Below, piece by piece: positions 9,820 to 21,900 of a stretch of 64,000 bases of DNA. The notes beneath the pieces were generated by a model. It did not search any database. It was not told the origin of the DNA and was given only the letters and a program-made list of their open reading frames with translations. The stretch's first letter is position 1; every line of letters starts with the position of its first letter. Both the position numbers and the translations under genes were made by a program. The DNA lies in NCBI GenBank assembly GCA_963762145.1, contig CAVXJS010000021.1:800001-864000 (forward strand), given 5' to 3'. Source of the stretch: an uncultured Candidatus Rokubacteria bacterium. GTDB taxonomy: Bacteria > Methylomirabilota > Methylomirabilia > Rokubacteriales > CSP1-6.

Positions 9820-11544
9820 ATGGCCGAGGCGTCGGCGGCATCGCTCAGGCCGGGCCGCTTCGAAGGGCTCGATCGCGCCGCCCCGGTCTGGCTCCTCGCG
9901 GCGGGCGCGCTGGTCATGCTGATCCTGCTGCCGATGGGCTGGCTCGCCTACATCAGCGTGACCGGCCCGCGGGGCGGCTTCACCCTCGCCCACTACGCCC
10001 GCGTGCTGGGGGACCCGCCGCTCCAGAAGGCGCTCTGGAACACGGTGGTGCTCGCCTTCTGGTCCGGCCTCGTCGCCCTCGCGATCGGGGCGCCGATGGC
10101 CTGGCTCTCCGCGCGCACCGATCTGCCCGGGCGGCGGCTCATCCAGAGCCTCATCATGGCCTCGTTCGTGACCCCGCCATTCCTGGGCGCCTTCGCGTGG
10201 GTGATGCTCGCGGGCCCCAACGCGGGCTATCTCAACCAGCTCTACCGCAGCCTCACCGGGGCGGAGGAGCCGCTGCTCAACATCTTCTCGATGCCGGGAC
10301 TGATCTTCGTGGTGGCGATCTACACGTTCCCCTACGTGTACATCATGATCGCCAACACCCTCGGGCTGATCGCCTCCGATCTCGAGGACGCGGCCGCCAT
10401 CCTGGGCGCGGGCCGCCTGCAGGTCGCGCGCACGATCACGCTGCCGATGGTGCTCCCCGCCGTCCTGAGCGGGTTCATCCTGGCCGTGCTGCAGGCGCTC
10501 GCCCTCTTCGGCTCGCCGGCCATCCTGGCCCTGCCCGCCGGCTTCCACACCGTGACCACCCAGATGTGGTCCTTCTTCCAGTACCCGCCCCGCGCCGAGC
10601 TGGCCGCCGCGTTCTCGATCCCGCTCCTGCTCGCCACTGCGCTCCTGCTGCTCGCGCAGAAGAAGCTGCTCGGCCGGCGCGGCTACGCCGCGGTGGGCGG
10701 CAAGGGCGGGCAGCGGCGGATCATCCGGCTCGGTCCCTGGCGCCTGCCCGCGCTCGCGGGCTGCCTCGCGGTGCTCGCCTGCGCGGTGTTCCTGCCCTAC
10801 GGCATCCTGCTGAAGACCGCGTTCGCCCGCGCCTGGGCCCAGCCGCTCACGAGCGCGAACTTCACGCTCGAGAACTGGTCGTTCACGTTCCTGCACGACG
10901 CGACCCGGGCCGCGATCGTCAACACGCTCGAGCTGGGCGTGCTCACCGCTTGCGTGGGCGCGGGGCTCGCCACCCTGCTCGCCTACGTGACCAACCGGAA
11001 GCTCGTGCTGGGCCACCAGGTCCTGGGCTTCCTCGCGGTCTCACCGGTCGTCATTCCGGGCGTGGTCCTCGCGGTGGCGCTCTTCGTCGCCTACACCCGG
11101 CCGCCCTTTCTCCTCTACGGCACCCTCTGGATCCTGTTCATCGCCTATCTGACCAAGGAGATGCCGGTCGGCTACTCGCAGGCCGACGCCACCATGCGGG
11201 GCATCCATCCCGAGCTGGAGGAGGCGGGCCGCATCCTGGGCGCGGGCCGGCTGCGCGTGCTCCGCGAGATCACCGCGCCGCTCGCCCGCAGCGGCATCAT
11301 CGCGACCTGGTGCTTCGTCTTCATCGGGGTCATCCGCGAGCTGTCGGCCTCCATCATCCTGTTCTCCCCCAACACCAAGGTGATGTCGGTGGTGATCTTC
11401 GACCTGAAGGAGGAGGGCCAGTTCGGCGCCATCGCGGTGCTGGGCATCTTCATGCTCGTGATGACCTTCGCCATCGTGGCCGCCATGCAGGCCGTGCTCG
11501 GGCGCGACGTCATGGGGGCGCGATCCTCGGGCGGATCGGGCTGA
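9820..11544 (+). CDS. ABC transporter permease (FbpB-type, two EAA loops)
   Basis: Multiple TM helices; LEDAAAILGA and LEEAGRILGA. Confidence 0.9.
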   Translation: MAEASAASLRPGRFEGLDRAAPVWLLAAGALVMLILLPMGWLAYISVTGPRGGFTLAHYARVLGDPPLQKALWNTVVLAFWSGLVALAIGAPMAWLSARTDLPGRRLIQSLIMASFVTPPFLGAFAWVMLAGPNAGYLNQLYRSLTGAEEPLLNIFSMPGLIFVVAIYTFPYVYIMIANTLGLIASDLEDAAAILGAGRLQVARTITLPMVLPAVLSGFILAVLQALALFGSPAILALPAGFHTVTTQMWSFFQYPPRAELAAAFSIPLLLATALLLLAQKKLLGRRGYAAVGGKGGQRRIIRLGPWRLPALAGCLAVLACAVFLPYGILLKTAFARAWAQPLTSANFTLENWSFTFLHDATRAAIVNTLELGVLTACVGAGLATLLAYVTNRKLVLGHQVLGFLAVSPVVIPGVVLAVALFVAYTRPPFLLYGTLWILFIAYLTKEMPVGYSQADATMRGIHPELEEAGRILGAGRLRVLREITAPLARSGIIATWCFVFIGVIRELSASIILFSPNTKVMSVVIFDLKEEGQFGAIAVLGIFMLVMTFAIVAAMQAVLGRDVMGARSSGGSG

Positions 11545-11548
11545 GCGC

Positions 11549-12658
11549 GTGCCCGGCGTCGTCATCTCCGGCCTCACCAAGCGCTTCGGCGACGTCGCCG
11601 CGGTGGCGGGGCTCGACCTCACGGTGCGGCCCGGCGAGCTCGTCGCCCTGCTCGGTCCGTCCGGCTGCGGCAAGACGACGACGCTGCGGCTGGTGGCGGG
11701 CTTCATGGCGCCGGACGCGGGGGAGATCCGCGTGGGCGACCGCGTGCTCTCGTCCCCGGGCTCGGTGATCCCGCCCGAGCGCCGGCGCATGGCGATGATC
11801 TTCCAGAGCTACGCACTCTGGCCGCACATGACAGTGGCGCAGAACGTGGCCTACGGCCTCCGCTTCGCGAAAACCTCGCGGGGTCAGCGGGACGGCGCGC
11901 CGGCGCGCGCCCAGCGGGACGTCAAAGTCGACGAGATCCTCCGCGCGGTGCAGCTCGCGGGCTACGGCGCGCGGTATCCGGGCGAGCTGTCCGGCGGCCA
12001 GCAGCAGCGCGTGGCGGTGGCCCGCGCCCTGGTGGTGGAGCCCGAAATTCTGTTATTGGACGAGCCGCTCTCCAACCTCGACGCGAGCCTCCGCGAGGAG
12101 ATGCGCTTCGAGATTCGGCGCCTGCACGAACGCTTCGGCATCACCACGCTCTATGTCACCCACGATCAGGCGGAGGCCATGGTGATCTCGGACCGGGCCG
12201 CGGTGATCCGCAACGGCCGGGTGGAGCAGATCGGCGCGCCGCCCGAGCTCTTCGAGCGGCCGCGCACCCGCTTCGTCGCCGAGTTCATCGGCAAGACCAA
12301 CCTGATCGACGCGATCGCCGACGGCGCGGGCACCGTCGCGCGGGGCCGGCTGCGCCTGCGCGTGGCCGCCGACACCCTCATCCCCGGCGCGCCGGCGGTA
12401 GTGTCGATCCGGCCGCACGTGATCGCGCTCGGCCCGCGGGCCGCCGCGCAGACGCCGAGGGCGGGAGGGAACGTCCTCGCGGGCACCGTGCAGCGGGCCA
12501 GCTATCTCGGCGACGCGGTGGACTATCAGGTCGCGCTGGAGGACAGCGACGTCGTCCTGCGCGTCACCGGCCCGACCCCGGCGCGAGCCCGCGCGGGCGA
12601 TCCGGTCTCGGTGACGGTGGCGGCCGAGGCCTGCGTGCTGCTACCCGCCGACGACTGA
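11549..12658 (+). CDS. ABC transporter ATP-binding protein (PotA/FbpC-like, TOBE domain)
   Basis: GPSGCGKT, LSGGQQQR, LLLDEP. Confidence 0.95.
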   Translation: MPGVVISGLTKRFGDVAAVAGLDLTVRPGELVALLGPSGCGKTTTLRLVAGFMAPDAGEIRVGDRVLSSPGSVIPPERRRMAMIFQSYALWPHMTVAQNVAYGLRFAKTSRGQRDGAPARAQRDVKVDEILRAVQLAGYGARYPGELSGGQQQRVAVARALVVEPEILLLDEPLSNLDASLREEMRFEIRRLHERFGITTLYVTHDQAEAMVISDRAAVIRNGRVEQIGAPPELFERPRTRFVAEFIGKTNLIDAIADGAGTVARGRLRLRVAADTLIPGAPAVVSIRPHVIALGPRAAAQTPRAGGNVLAGTVQRASYLGDAVDYQVALEDSDVVLRVTGPTPARARAGDPVSVTVAAEACVLLPADD

Positions 12659-12668
12659 ACGGCCCCGC

Positions 12669-12706
12669 CCCCTCACCCTGCCCTCTCCCGCTCAGGGAGG
12701 AGAGGG
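12669..12706 (+). repeat. Palindromic repeat, family B (CCCCTCACCCTGCCCTCTCC-N-GGAGAGGG), between convergent genes
   Basis: Same element at 40389-40423 and 51179-51213. Confidence 0.75.
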
Positions 12707-12716
12707 TGGTGGTGGG

Positions 12717-13835
12717 CTACAAGCCGCCCCAGACTTCGTGGGCGAGCTCGACGCAGAGGGCGAGCTTCGCCTTCTGATGCTCGACGGTCACCTCGTTGCC
12801 CTCGAGCGTCGAGGAGAAGCCGCACTGCGGGCTCACGCAGAGCTGATCGAGCGCGATGTACTTCGACGCTTCATCCAGACGGCGCCTCAGATCGGCCTTC
12901 GGCTCGAGCGCGGGCGCCTTGCTGGTCACGAGACCCAGCACCACCCGGATGTGCTTCGGGGCGTGGCGCAGGGGCGAGAAGTCGCCGGAGCGCGCGTCGT
13001 CGAACTCGAGGAAGAAGCCGTCGTAGGGCATCTGGTTGAAGATGACCTCCGCGACCTTCTCGTAGCCGCCCTGAGCGCGCCAGCTCGAGCGGAAGTTGCC
13101 GCGGCAGAGGTGCGTGCAGACCACCAGATCCCGCGGCCGGTCGCGCAGGGTGGCCTGGATGAGCTTCACCGACAGCGCCAGCACCTCGTCGGGGTCCTCG
13201 CCGCGGGCGCGGCTCTGCGCGCGCATCTCCTCGTCGCACAGATAGGCCAGGCTCACGTCGTCGAGCTGGAGGTACCGGCAGCCCGCCGCGTGGAGGTCGG
13301 CGATCTCGGCGCGGTACGCGGCGGCGGTGTCCTCCACGAAGGCGTCGAGATCCGGGTACACGGTCCGGTCGATGTTGGCGCGGCCCACCTGGGAGTAGAG
13401 CATGCAGGGCGACGGGATCGTCAGCTTGGCGGTGCGCGCGGTGGCCGACCGGAGAAACCGGAACGCGTCCACGAAGATCGGCGCGGGGCGCCCGACGCGC
13501 GAGGCGATGCGCAGGTCGGGCCGCGTGAAGTTGACGTCGCCCGCCCGGCCGTGGAAGGTCACCGGGAGCTGCTTGCCCTCGCTGGCGAGGCCGCCCAGGC
13601 GGGTGAGAAAGTCCATGTGCCAGGACTTGCGCCGCATCTCGCCGTCGGTGACGCCCAGGAGCCCGGCGTCTTCCTGAAGACGCACCGCCCCCAGGATCGC
13701 GGTGTCCTCCGCGGCGGCCAGCTCCGCCACGCTGGCCCGACCCGCTTCGCGGTCGAGCCGCAGGGCCTTGAGCGCGGGCGGCCGCAGCAGGCTGCCCACG
13801 TGATCGGCTCGGAAGGGCGCGCGCGGCGGGGCCAT
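12717..13835 (-). CDS. Cobalamin-independent methionine synthase, catalytic-domain-only family
   Basis: RADHVGSLLRP, TDGEMRR, HLCRGN, LEFD, SPQCGF (zinc ligands). Confidence 0.9.
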   Translation of the reverse strand: MAPPRAPFRADHVGSLLRPPALKALRLDREAGRASVAELAAAEDTAILGAVRLQEDAGLLGVTDGEMRRKSWHMDFLTRLGGLASEGKQLPVTFHGRAGDVNFTRPDLRIASRVGRPAPIFVDAFRFLRSATARTAKLTIPSPCMLYSQVGRANIDRTVYPDLDAFVEDTAAAYRAEIADLHAAGCRYLQLDDVSLAYLCDEEMRAQSRARGEDPDEVLALSVKLIQATLRDRPRDLVVCTHLCRGNFRSSWRAQGGYEKVAEVIFNQMPYDGFFLEFDDARSGDFSPLRHAPKHIRVVLGLVTSKAPALEPKADLRRRLDEASKYIALDQLCVSPQCGFSSTLEGNEVTVEHQKAKLALCVELAHEVWGGL

Positions 13836-13837
13836 GG

Positions 13838-14815
13838 CTAGTAGAGCCCCCGCCCGGCCGCGAAGACCCGGGCGAGGCCGAGCAGCGCGTCGGTGCCGGG
13901 CGTGGGCACGCGGACGCGTTGACCGATCTCGCTCACCGCAGTGAGGAGGCCGTCGATCTCGAGCGGCTTGCCCGCCTCCACGTCCTGCAGCATGGACGTC
14001 TTGAACGCGCCCAGCTTGCGGGTCACCGCGTTGCGCTCCTGGCCGCTCTGATGAATGGGGCAGCCGATGCGCTCGCCGATCGCCGCCGCCTCCGCCATGA
14101 TCGCGAGCGTGAAGCGGTCGAGCAGCGGATCGTCGAGGAGACGGTCGCAGGTGGCGCCGGTCAGCGCGGACATCGGGTTCATGGTCATGTTCCCCCACAG
14201 CTTGTACCAGACATCGGCCTGGATGCGCTTGCTCACCGTGGTCTCGAAGCCGGCCGCGGTCAGCCGATCGGCCAGCGCGGTCACCCGGCCCGACGCGCCG
14301 CCGGTCGGCTCGCCGACGATCAGGCCCCGGCCGAAGCCGTGCCTCACCAGGCCCGGCTCCCGCACCGAGCAGGTGGCGTGCACCACGCCGCCGATCACGT
14401 GCCGCACCGGGATCGCGGCGGCGATCCCGCCGTCCGGATCCACTGCCCGCACCGGCGCGCCGTCGTGCGGCCCCCCGAGCCCGTGGAAGAACCACCACGG
14501 GACCCCGTTCATCGCGGTCAGCACGACGGTGTCCGGGCCCAGCAGCGGCCGCACCGACGCGGCGAGGGCGGGCAGAGCCGGCCCCTTCACCGCGAGCACG
14601 ACCAGATCCTGGGGGCCGAGCGCGCCGGTGTCCTCCGCCACCCGCACGGGCGCGGTGAGCACCGCGCCGTTCTCCTCGAAGCGGAACCCGTGGGCGCGCA
14701 GCGCGGCCGCGGTCCGGCCTCGCGCGAGGGCCGACATCTCGGCGCCTTCCCGGGCCAGATGAACGCCGAGGAAGGTGCCGACCGCCCCCGCCCCCACCAC
14801 GCAGATCCGCGTCAC
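13838..14815 (-). CDS. panE: 2-dehydropantoate 2-reductase (ketopantoate reductase) family
   Basis: VVGAGAVG, LAVKG, WYKLWGN, KTSMLQDVEAGKPLEID. Confidence 0.8.
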   Translation of the reverse strand: MTRICVVGAGAVGTFLGVHLAREGAEMSALARGRTAAALRAHGFRFEENGAVLTAPVRVAEDTGALGPQDLVVLAVKGPALPALAASVRPLLGPDTVVLTAMNGVPWWFFHGLGGPHDGAPVRAVDPDGGIAAAIPVRHVIGGVVHATCSVREPGLVRHGFGRGLIVGEPTGGASGRVTALADRLTAAGFETTVSKRIQADVWYKLWGNMTMNPMSALTGATCDRLLDDPLLDRFTLAIMAEAAAIGERIGCPIHQSGQERNAVTRKLGAFKTSMLQDVEAGKPLEIDGLLTAVSEIGQRVRVPTPGTDALLGLARVFAAGRGLY

Positions 14816-15795
14816 TCGATCACCTTGTCCGCCCGGGCGAGCAGGGAGCGCGGCACGGTCAGGCCCAGGCTCGCGGCGGTCTTGCGGTTCACGATCAGCT
14901 CGAAGCGGGCCGGCCGCTCGATCGGGATCTCACCCGGCGCGACGCCGCGCAGAACCTTGACCACCACGTCGCCGGCCTGGCGGAACATGGCCGGCACGTC
15001 CGGACCGTACGCCATGAGCCCTCCCTCTTCTGCGAACTCGGGAAACGCCATGATCGTGGGAATCCGGTGCTTCGCGGCCATCGCGACGATCTGCCGTCGC
15101 GCCGAGTTGACGACGGGCGAAGGCAGCACGAGCATCGCGCCCCGCCCGGCGGTAACCGACCGGAAGGCGGCCTCGAGCGCCTCGGACCCCGGGGCCTCCA
15201 TCGTCGAGAGATCGACGCGAAGCGTCCGGGCCGCCGCCTCCGCGCCGCGGAGCAGGTTCGGAGGCGTGGACGGATCCCAGGCCACCGTCACCCGAGACAG
15301 GCGCGGGACGAGCTCCTTCAGGAGCTCGATCCACTTCCCGCTCAGCTCCGGAAAATCCAGGAACAGCCCGGTGACGTTTCCTCCCGGCCGGGCGAGACCG
15401 CTCACGAACCGCTCGGCGATCGGATCCGACTCCAGGTCCACGGCCACGATCGGGATGGACTTCGTCGCATCGGCGGCCGCGCGAACCGACGCCGGTCCGA
15501 TCGCCACGATGGCGCTCATTAGAAGCCGCGACAGCTCTCCGGCCAGCGCCGCGATCTCCCCGGCGGTGCCCGCCTGCACGCGGTAGTCGATGGTGAGATT
15601 CGTGCCCTCGACGAGCCCGATCTCCTGGAGGGCCTGGCGAAACCCGCCGAAATTCTGCCGGAAGACGGGGCCGTCCGGCGCGTTCCGAAGAACCCCGACC
15701 TTGGCCAGGCGCGCCGGCGCCGGTTGCGCCCCGGCATGCCCCGGCGCGGCGACGAGTCCTCCCGTCAGCATGGAGACGAATGTTCTACGGTCCAT
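14812..15795 (-). CDS. Orphan ABC_sub_bind-type substrate-binding protein with twin-arginine-like leader
   Basis: MDRRTFV, SGLARPGGNVTG, GGLMAYG, P.EIPIERPARFELIVNRKTA...LLARADKVIE. Confidence 0.9.
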   Translation of the reverse strand: MDRRTFVSMLTGGLVAAPGHAGAQPAPARLAKVGVLRNAPDGPVFRQNFGGFRQALQEIGLVEGTNLTIDYRVQAGTAGEIAALAGELSRLLMSAIVAIGPASVRAAADATKSIPIVAVDLESDPIAERFVSGLARPGGNVTGLFLDFPELSGKWIELLKELVPRLSRVTVAWDPSTPPNLLRGAEAAARTLRVDLSTMEAPGSEALEAAFRSVTAGRGAMLVLPSPVVNSARRQIVAMAAKHRIPTIMAFPEFAEEGGLMAYGPDVPAMFRQAGDVVVKVLRGVAPGEIPIERPARFELIVNRKTAASLGLTVPRSLLARADKVIE

Positions 15796-15813
15796 CGACC
15801 GCCTTGGAACGCC

Positions 15814-16911
15814 TCAATCCTTGAGGCGCACGACGTTGAAGGCCTTCACCGGCCGCTGGAAGCCCTTCAGTGTGAGCTCGCCGACCCCCTCGACCTCCGC
15901 GATCTCCTCCACCCCGCCCGCCACCCGCTGCGAGAGCAGGATCTGGCCCGGCTTGGCCTCGCCGCAGAGCCGCGAGGCGAGGTTAGTCACGGTGCCGATC
16001 GCGCCGTAGTCCAGGCGCCCCTCGAAGCCGACCGCCCCGATGGTGGCATAGCCCTGCGCGATGCCCACCCCGAAGTCGAGATCGAATCCCCGCTTGCGCC
16101 AGGCCTCGGTGAGCGTGCCGATGCGGTCCCGCATCGTGGCGGCCATGCGGACGGCGCGCGGGGCCGGATCCGGGACCTCCACCGGGTCGTTGAAGAAGAT
16201 CATCATGCCGTCGCCCGCGAAGCGCTCCAGGGTGCCCTCGGCGGCCACGATCAGCCGGCCCATCTCGGCGTGGTACTCGCGCAGCACGGTCATGACCTCT
16301 TCCGGCTCCGCGGTCTCCGCGAACGCGGTGAAGCCGCGCAGATCGAGGAAGACCACCGTGATCTCCCGGCGGTGGCTCTTGAGCGGATCCTCGGTGTCGC
16401 CCGCCACGATCAGCTCGGCGAGCTGGGGCGAGAAGAAGCGGCGCAGCCGCCCCAGGCGCTCGAGCTGGGCCACCTGGTCCCGCACCCGCTGCTCGAGCGT
16501 CCGGTTCAGCTCCTCGAGTTCCTGGTGCAGCGCACGGATTCGCAGCAGCGAGCGCACGCGCGCGAGCAGCTCGGGCTGGTTGATCGGCTTCGTCAGGAAA
16601 TCGTCGGCGCCTACCTCGATGCCCTTGACCCGCTCCGTCACCGGATCGAGCGCGGTCACCATGACGACCGGCAGGAGCCGCGTCGCCTCGTCGGCCCGCA
16701 GCCGCCGGCAGACCTCGTACCCGCTCATCTCCGGCATCACCACGTCCAGGAGGACGAGATCCGGCTGCTCGGCCCGCACCCGCTCCAGGGCGACCGCGCC
16801 GGACGGCGCGGTGATCACGGTGTACCCGTGCCCGGCCAGCACGCCCTCGAGCAGCTTGACGTTCATCGGGGTGTCGTCCACCACCAGGATACGGGCCGCC
16901 GGCTGGCTCAC
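15814..16911 (-). CDS. Response regulator fused to class III adenylate/guanylate cyclase
   Basis: REC domain (VVDD, LLDVVMP, TKP) followed by VFLDLRGFT, FAGDG, YGAIGTVTNLASRL. Confidence 0.92.
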   Translation of the reverse strand: MSQPAARILVVDDTPMNVKLLEGVLAGHGYTVITAPSGAVALERVRAEQPDLVLLDVVMPEMSGYEVCRRLRADEATRLLPVVMVTALDPVTERVKGIEVGADDFLTKPINQPELLARVRSLLRIRALHQELEELNRTLEQRVRDQVAQLERLGRLRRFFSPQLAELIVAGDTEDPLKSHRREITVVFLDLRGFTAFAETAEPEEVMTVLREYHAEMGRLIVAAEGTLERFAGDGMMIFFNDPVEVPDPAPRAVRMAATMRDRIGTLTEAWRKRGFDLDFGVGIAQGYATIGAVGFEGRLDYGAIGTVTNLASRLCGEAKPGQILLSQRVAGGVEEIAEVEGVGELTLKGFQRPVKAFNVVRLKD

Positions 16912-17287
16912 CGCGCGCGCTCGCCCTTCGCGGGGCGATCCAGCATCGCGCGGACCGCGGCGACGAACTGGTTCACGTCGATGGGCTTGGCCTGGTAGCC
17001 GTCGAAGCCCGCGGCCATGATCTTCTGCCGGTCCTGGGTCATGGCCGACGCGGTCACCGCGATCACCGGGATCGCCCGCGTCCGCTCGTCGGATCGGAGG
17101 GCCTGGAGCGCCTCGATCCCGTTCATGCGCGGGAGCTGGATGTCCATGAGGACCAGGGCGGGGGGCGTCGCCTGCGCGAGCGCGATGCCGTCCTCCGCGT
17201 TCTCGGCCTCCGCGGTCCGGTACCCGTGGAACTGGAGGATGTCGCGCTCCAGCTTGCGGTTCTTCTCGTTGTCCTCGACGATCAGGA

Positions 17288-17303
<16 letters not shown>
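16908..17303 (-). CDS. Single-domain response regulator (DivK-like)
   Basis: IVEDN, LMDIQLP, AVTASAM, KPID. Confidence 0.92.
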
Positions 17304-20722
<3,419 letters not shown>

Positions 20723-20732
20723 CGTTCCGGCG

Positions 20733-20761
20733 AGTGTAGGCCGGGGCTAAACCCCTGTCAA
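20733..20761 (-). promoter_or_regulatory. Sigma-70 promoter of the kinase operon, overlapping the 3' end of the upstream gene
   Basis: TTGACA-17 nt-TACACT, ending 10 nt before the ATG at 20722. Confidence 0.7.
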
Positions 20762-21900
20762 ATATGCCTCCGGCGCCCCGGACCCCAGCGGGCAGCCGGG
20801 CGGCATGAGCGCCGTCTTCTTCCGGATGATGTCGCCCGCGTACCGCTCGAGATAGTGGGCGATCGTCTCCACGCGGATCTTCACCGATCCGGCCGGCTTG
20901 GTCGAGTCCAGGTCCTGGAACGAGAAGAACAGCGTGCCGGAGCGCTCCACGATCTGCTGCACCGGCGTGTAGGTCGGCTGGTCCATGCCGCACTCGTAGC
21001 TGGCCAGCCGGACCACGCAGGCGACCCACGGCATCCGGGCCGCCGCCTTCGCGCCCCAGAGGATCTCGTTGGTGTTGCTGCTGTAGGACGAGGGCCACAC
21101 GTCACGGATGTCGAACGGGGATTTGATGTGGCCGGCCCGGACGTCCTCCCCGAACGCCCACTGCATCAGGTCGTCGTCGATCGGGAAGTACTGAGCCCAC
21201 AGCACCGGGTAGCCGTAGGCCTGCAGGTCCACCTCGATCTCGTGGCCGATGCCCGGATCCATGTGATAGGGCCGCGCCAGGACCATCAGGCACGCGCGGT
21301 TCTCGCGCGCGCACCACTCGAGGACCTCGCGGCCCTTGGCGCGAAGGCGGGCGTTGAACTCGGTCAGCGCGCGGTAACCCGCCTCCACCGCCCCGCGCCG
21401 TCTCCTCGCGCGGTGAGCCCGGGGATCACGCCGTCGAGCGCCTCCCAGAGCTGCTTGGGCACGAGCCGCGGCTCGTCGAGGGAGACGAACGGGGCGGCGT
21501 AGCGGATGCCCTGCTCCGCGAAGACGTCGCGCTCCTTCATGAAGCCGGCCTTGATGTTCTCGGGCGCGGCCATCACCCGAGGGCAGGTGAGCGTGCGCGC
21601 CACGTGGCCGGAGAGAAACGAGGGCAGGTTGTAGATCATCGGCGAGAAGAGGATGTCGAGCTTCTCGCGCTGGCCGAAGATCAGCTCGCCGTAGTGGCCC
21701 GCGATGCACTTGACCGGATAGCAGCAGTCCACCGTGCCCCGGCCCTTGCCGAACTGCCGCCCCTGCTCCTCGGAGGTGTCGGAGGAGAAGACGAGCTGGC
21801 GCGCTTCGACCCCCAGCTCGCCGAAGAAGCCCACCCAGAACTGGTGGGTGGACCAGAGGTTCAGGACGCGGGGAATGCCGATCCGGAGGCTAGCCCGCGA
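20747..21900 (-). CDS. DUF2229 / 2-hydroxyacyl-CoA dehydratase-like reductase module (PlsA C-terminal-like); frameshift about 21390; probably fused to the upstream activase
   Basis: LRIGIPRVLN, DCCYPVK, TCP, ARPYHMDPGIGHEI, YECGMD, GSVKIRVET. Confidence 0.8.
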
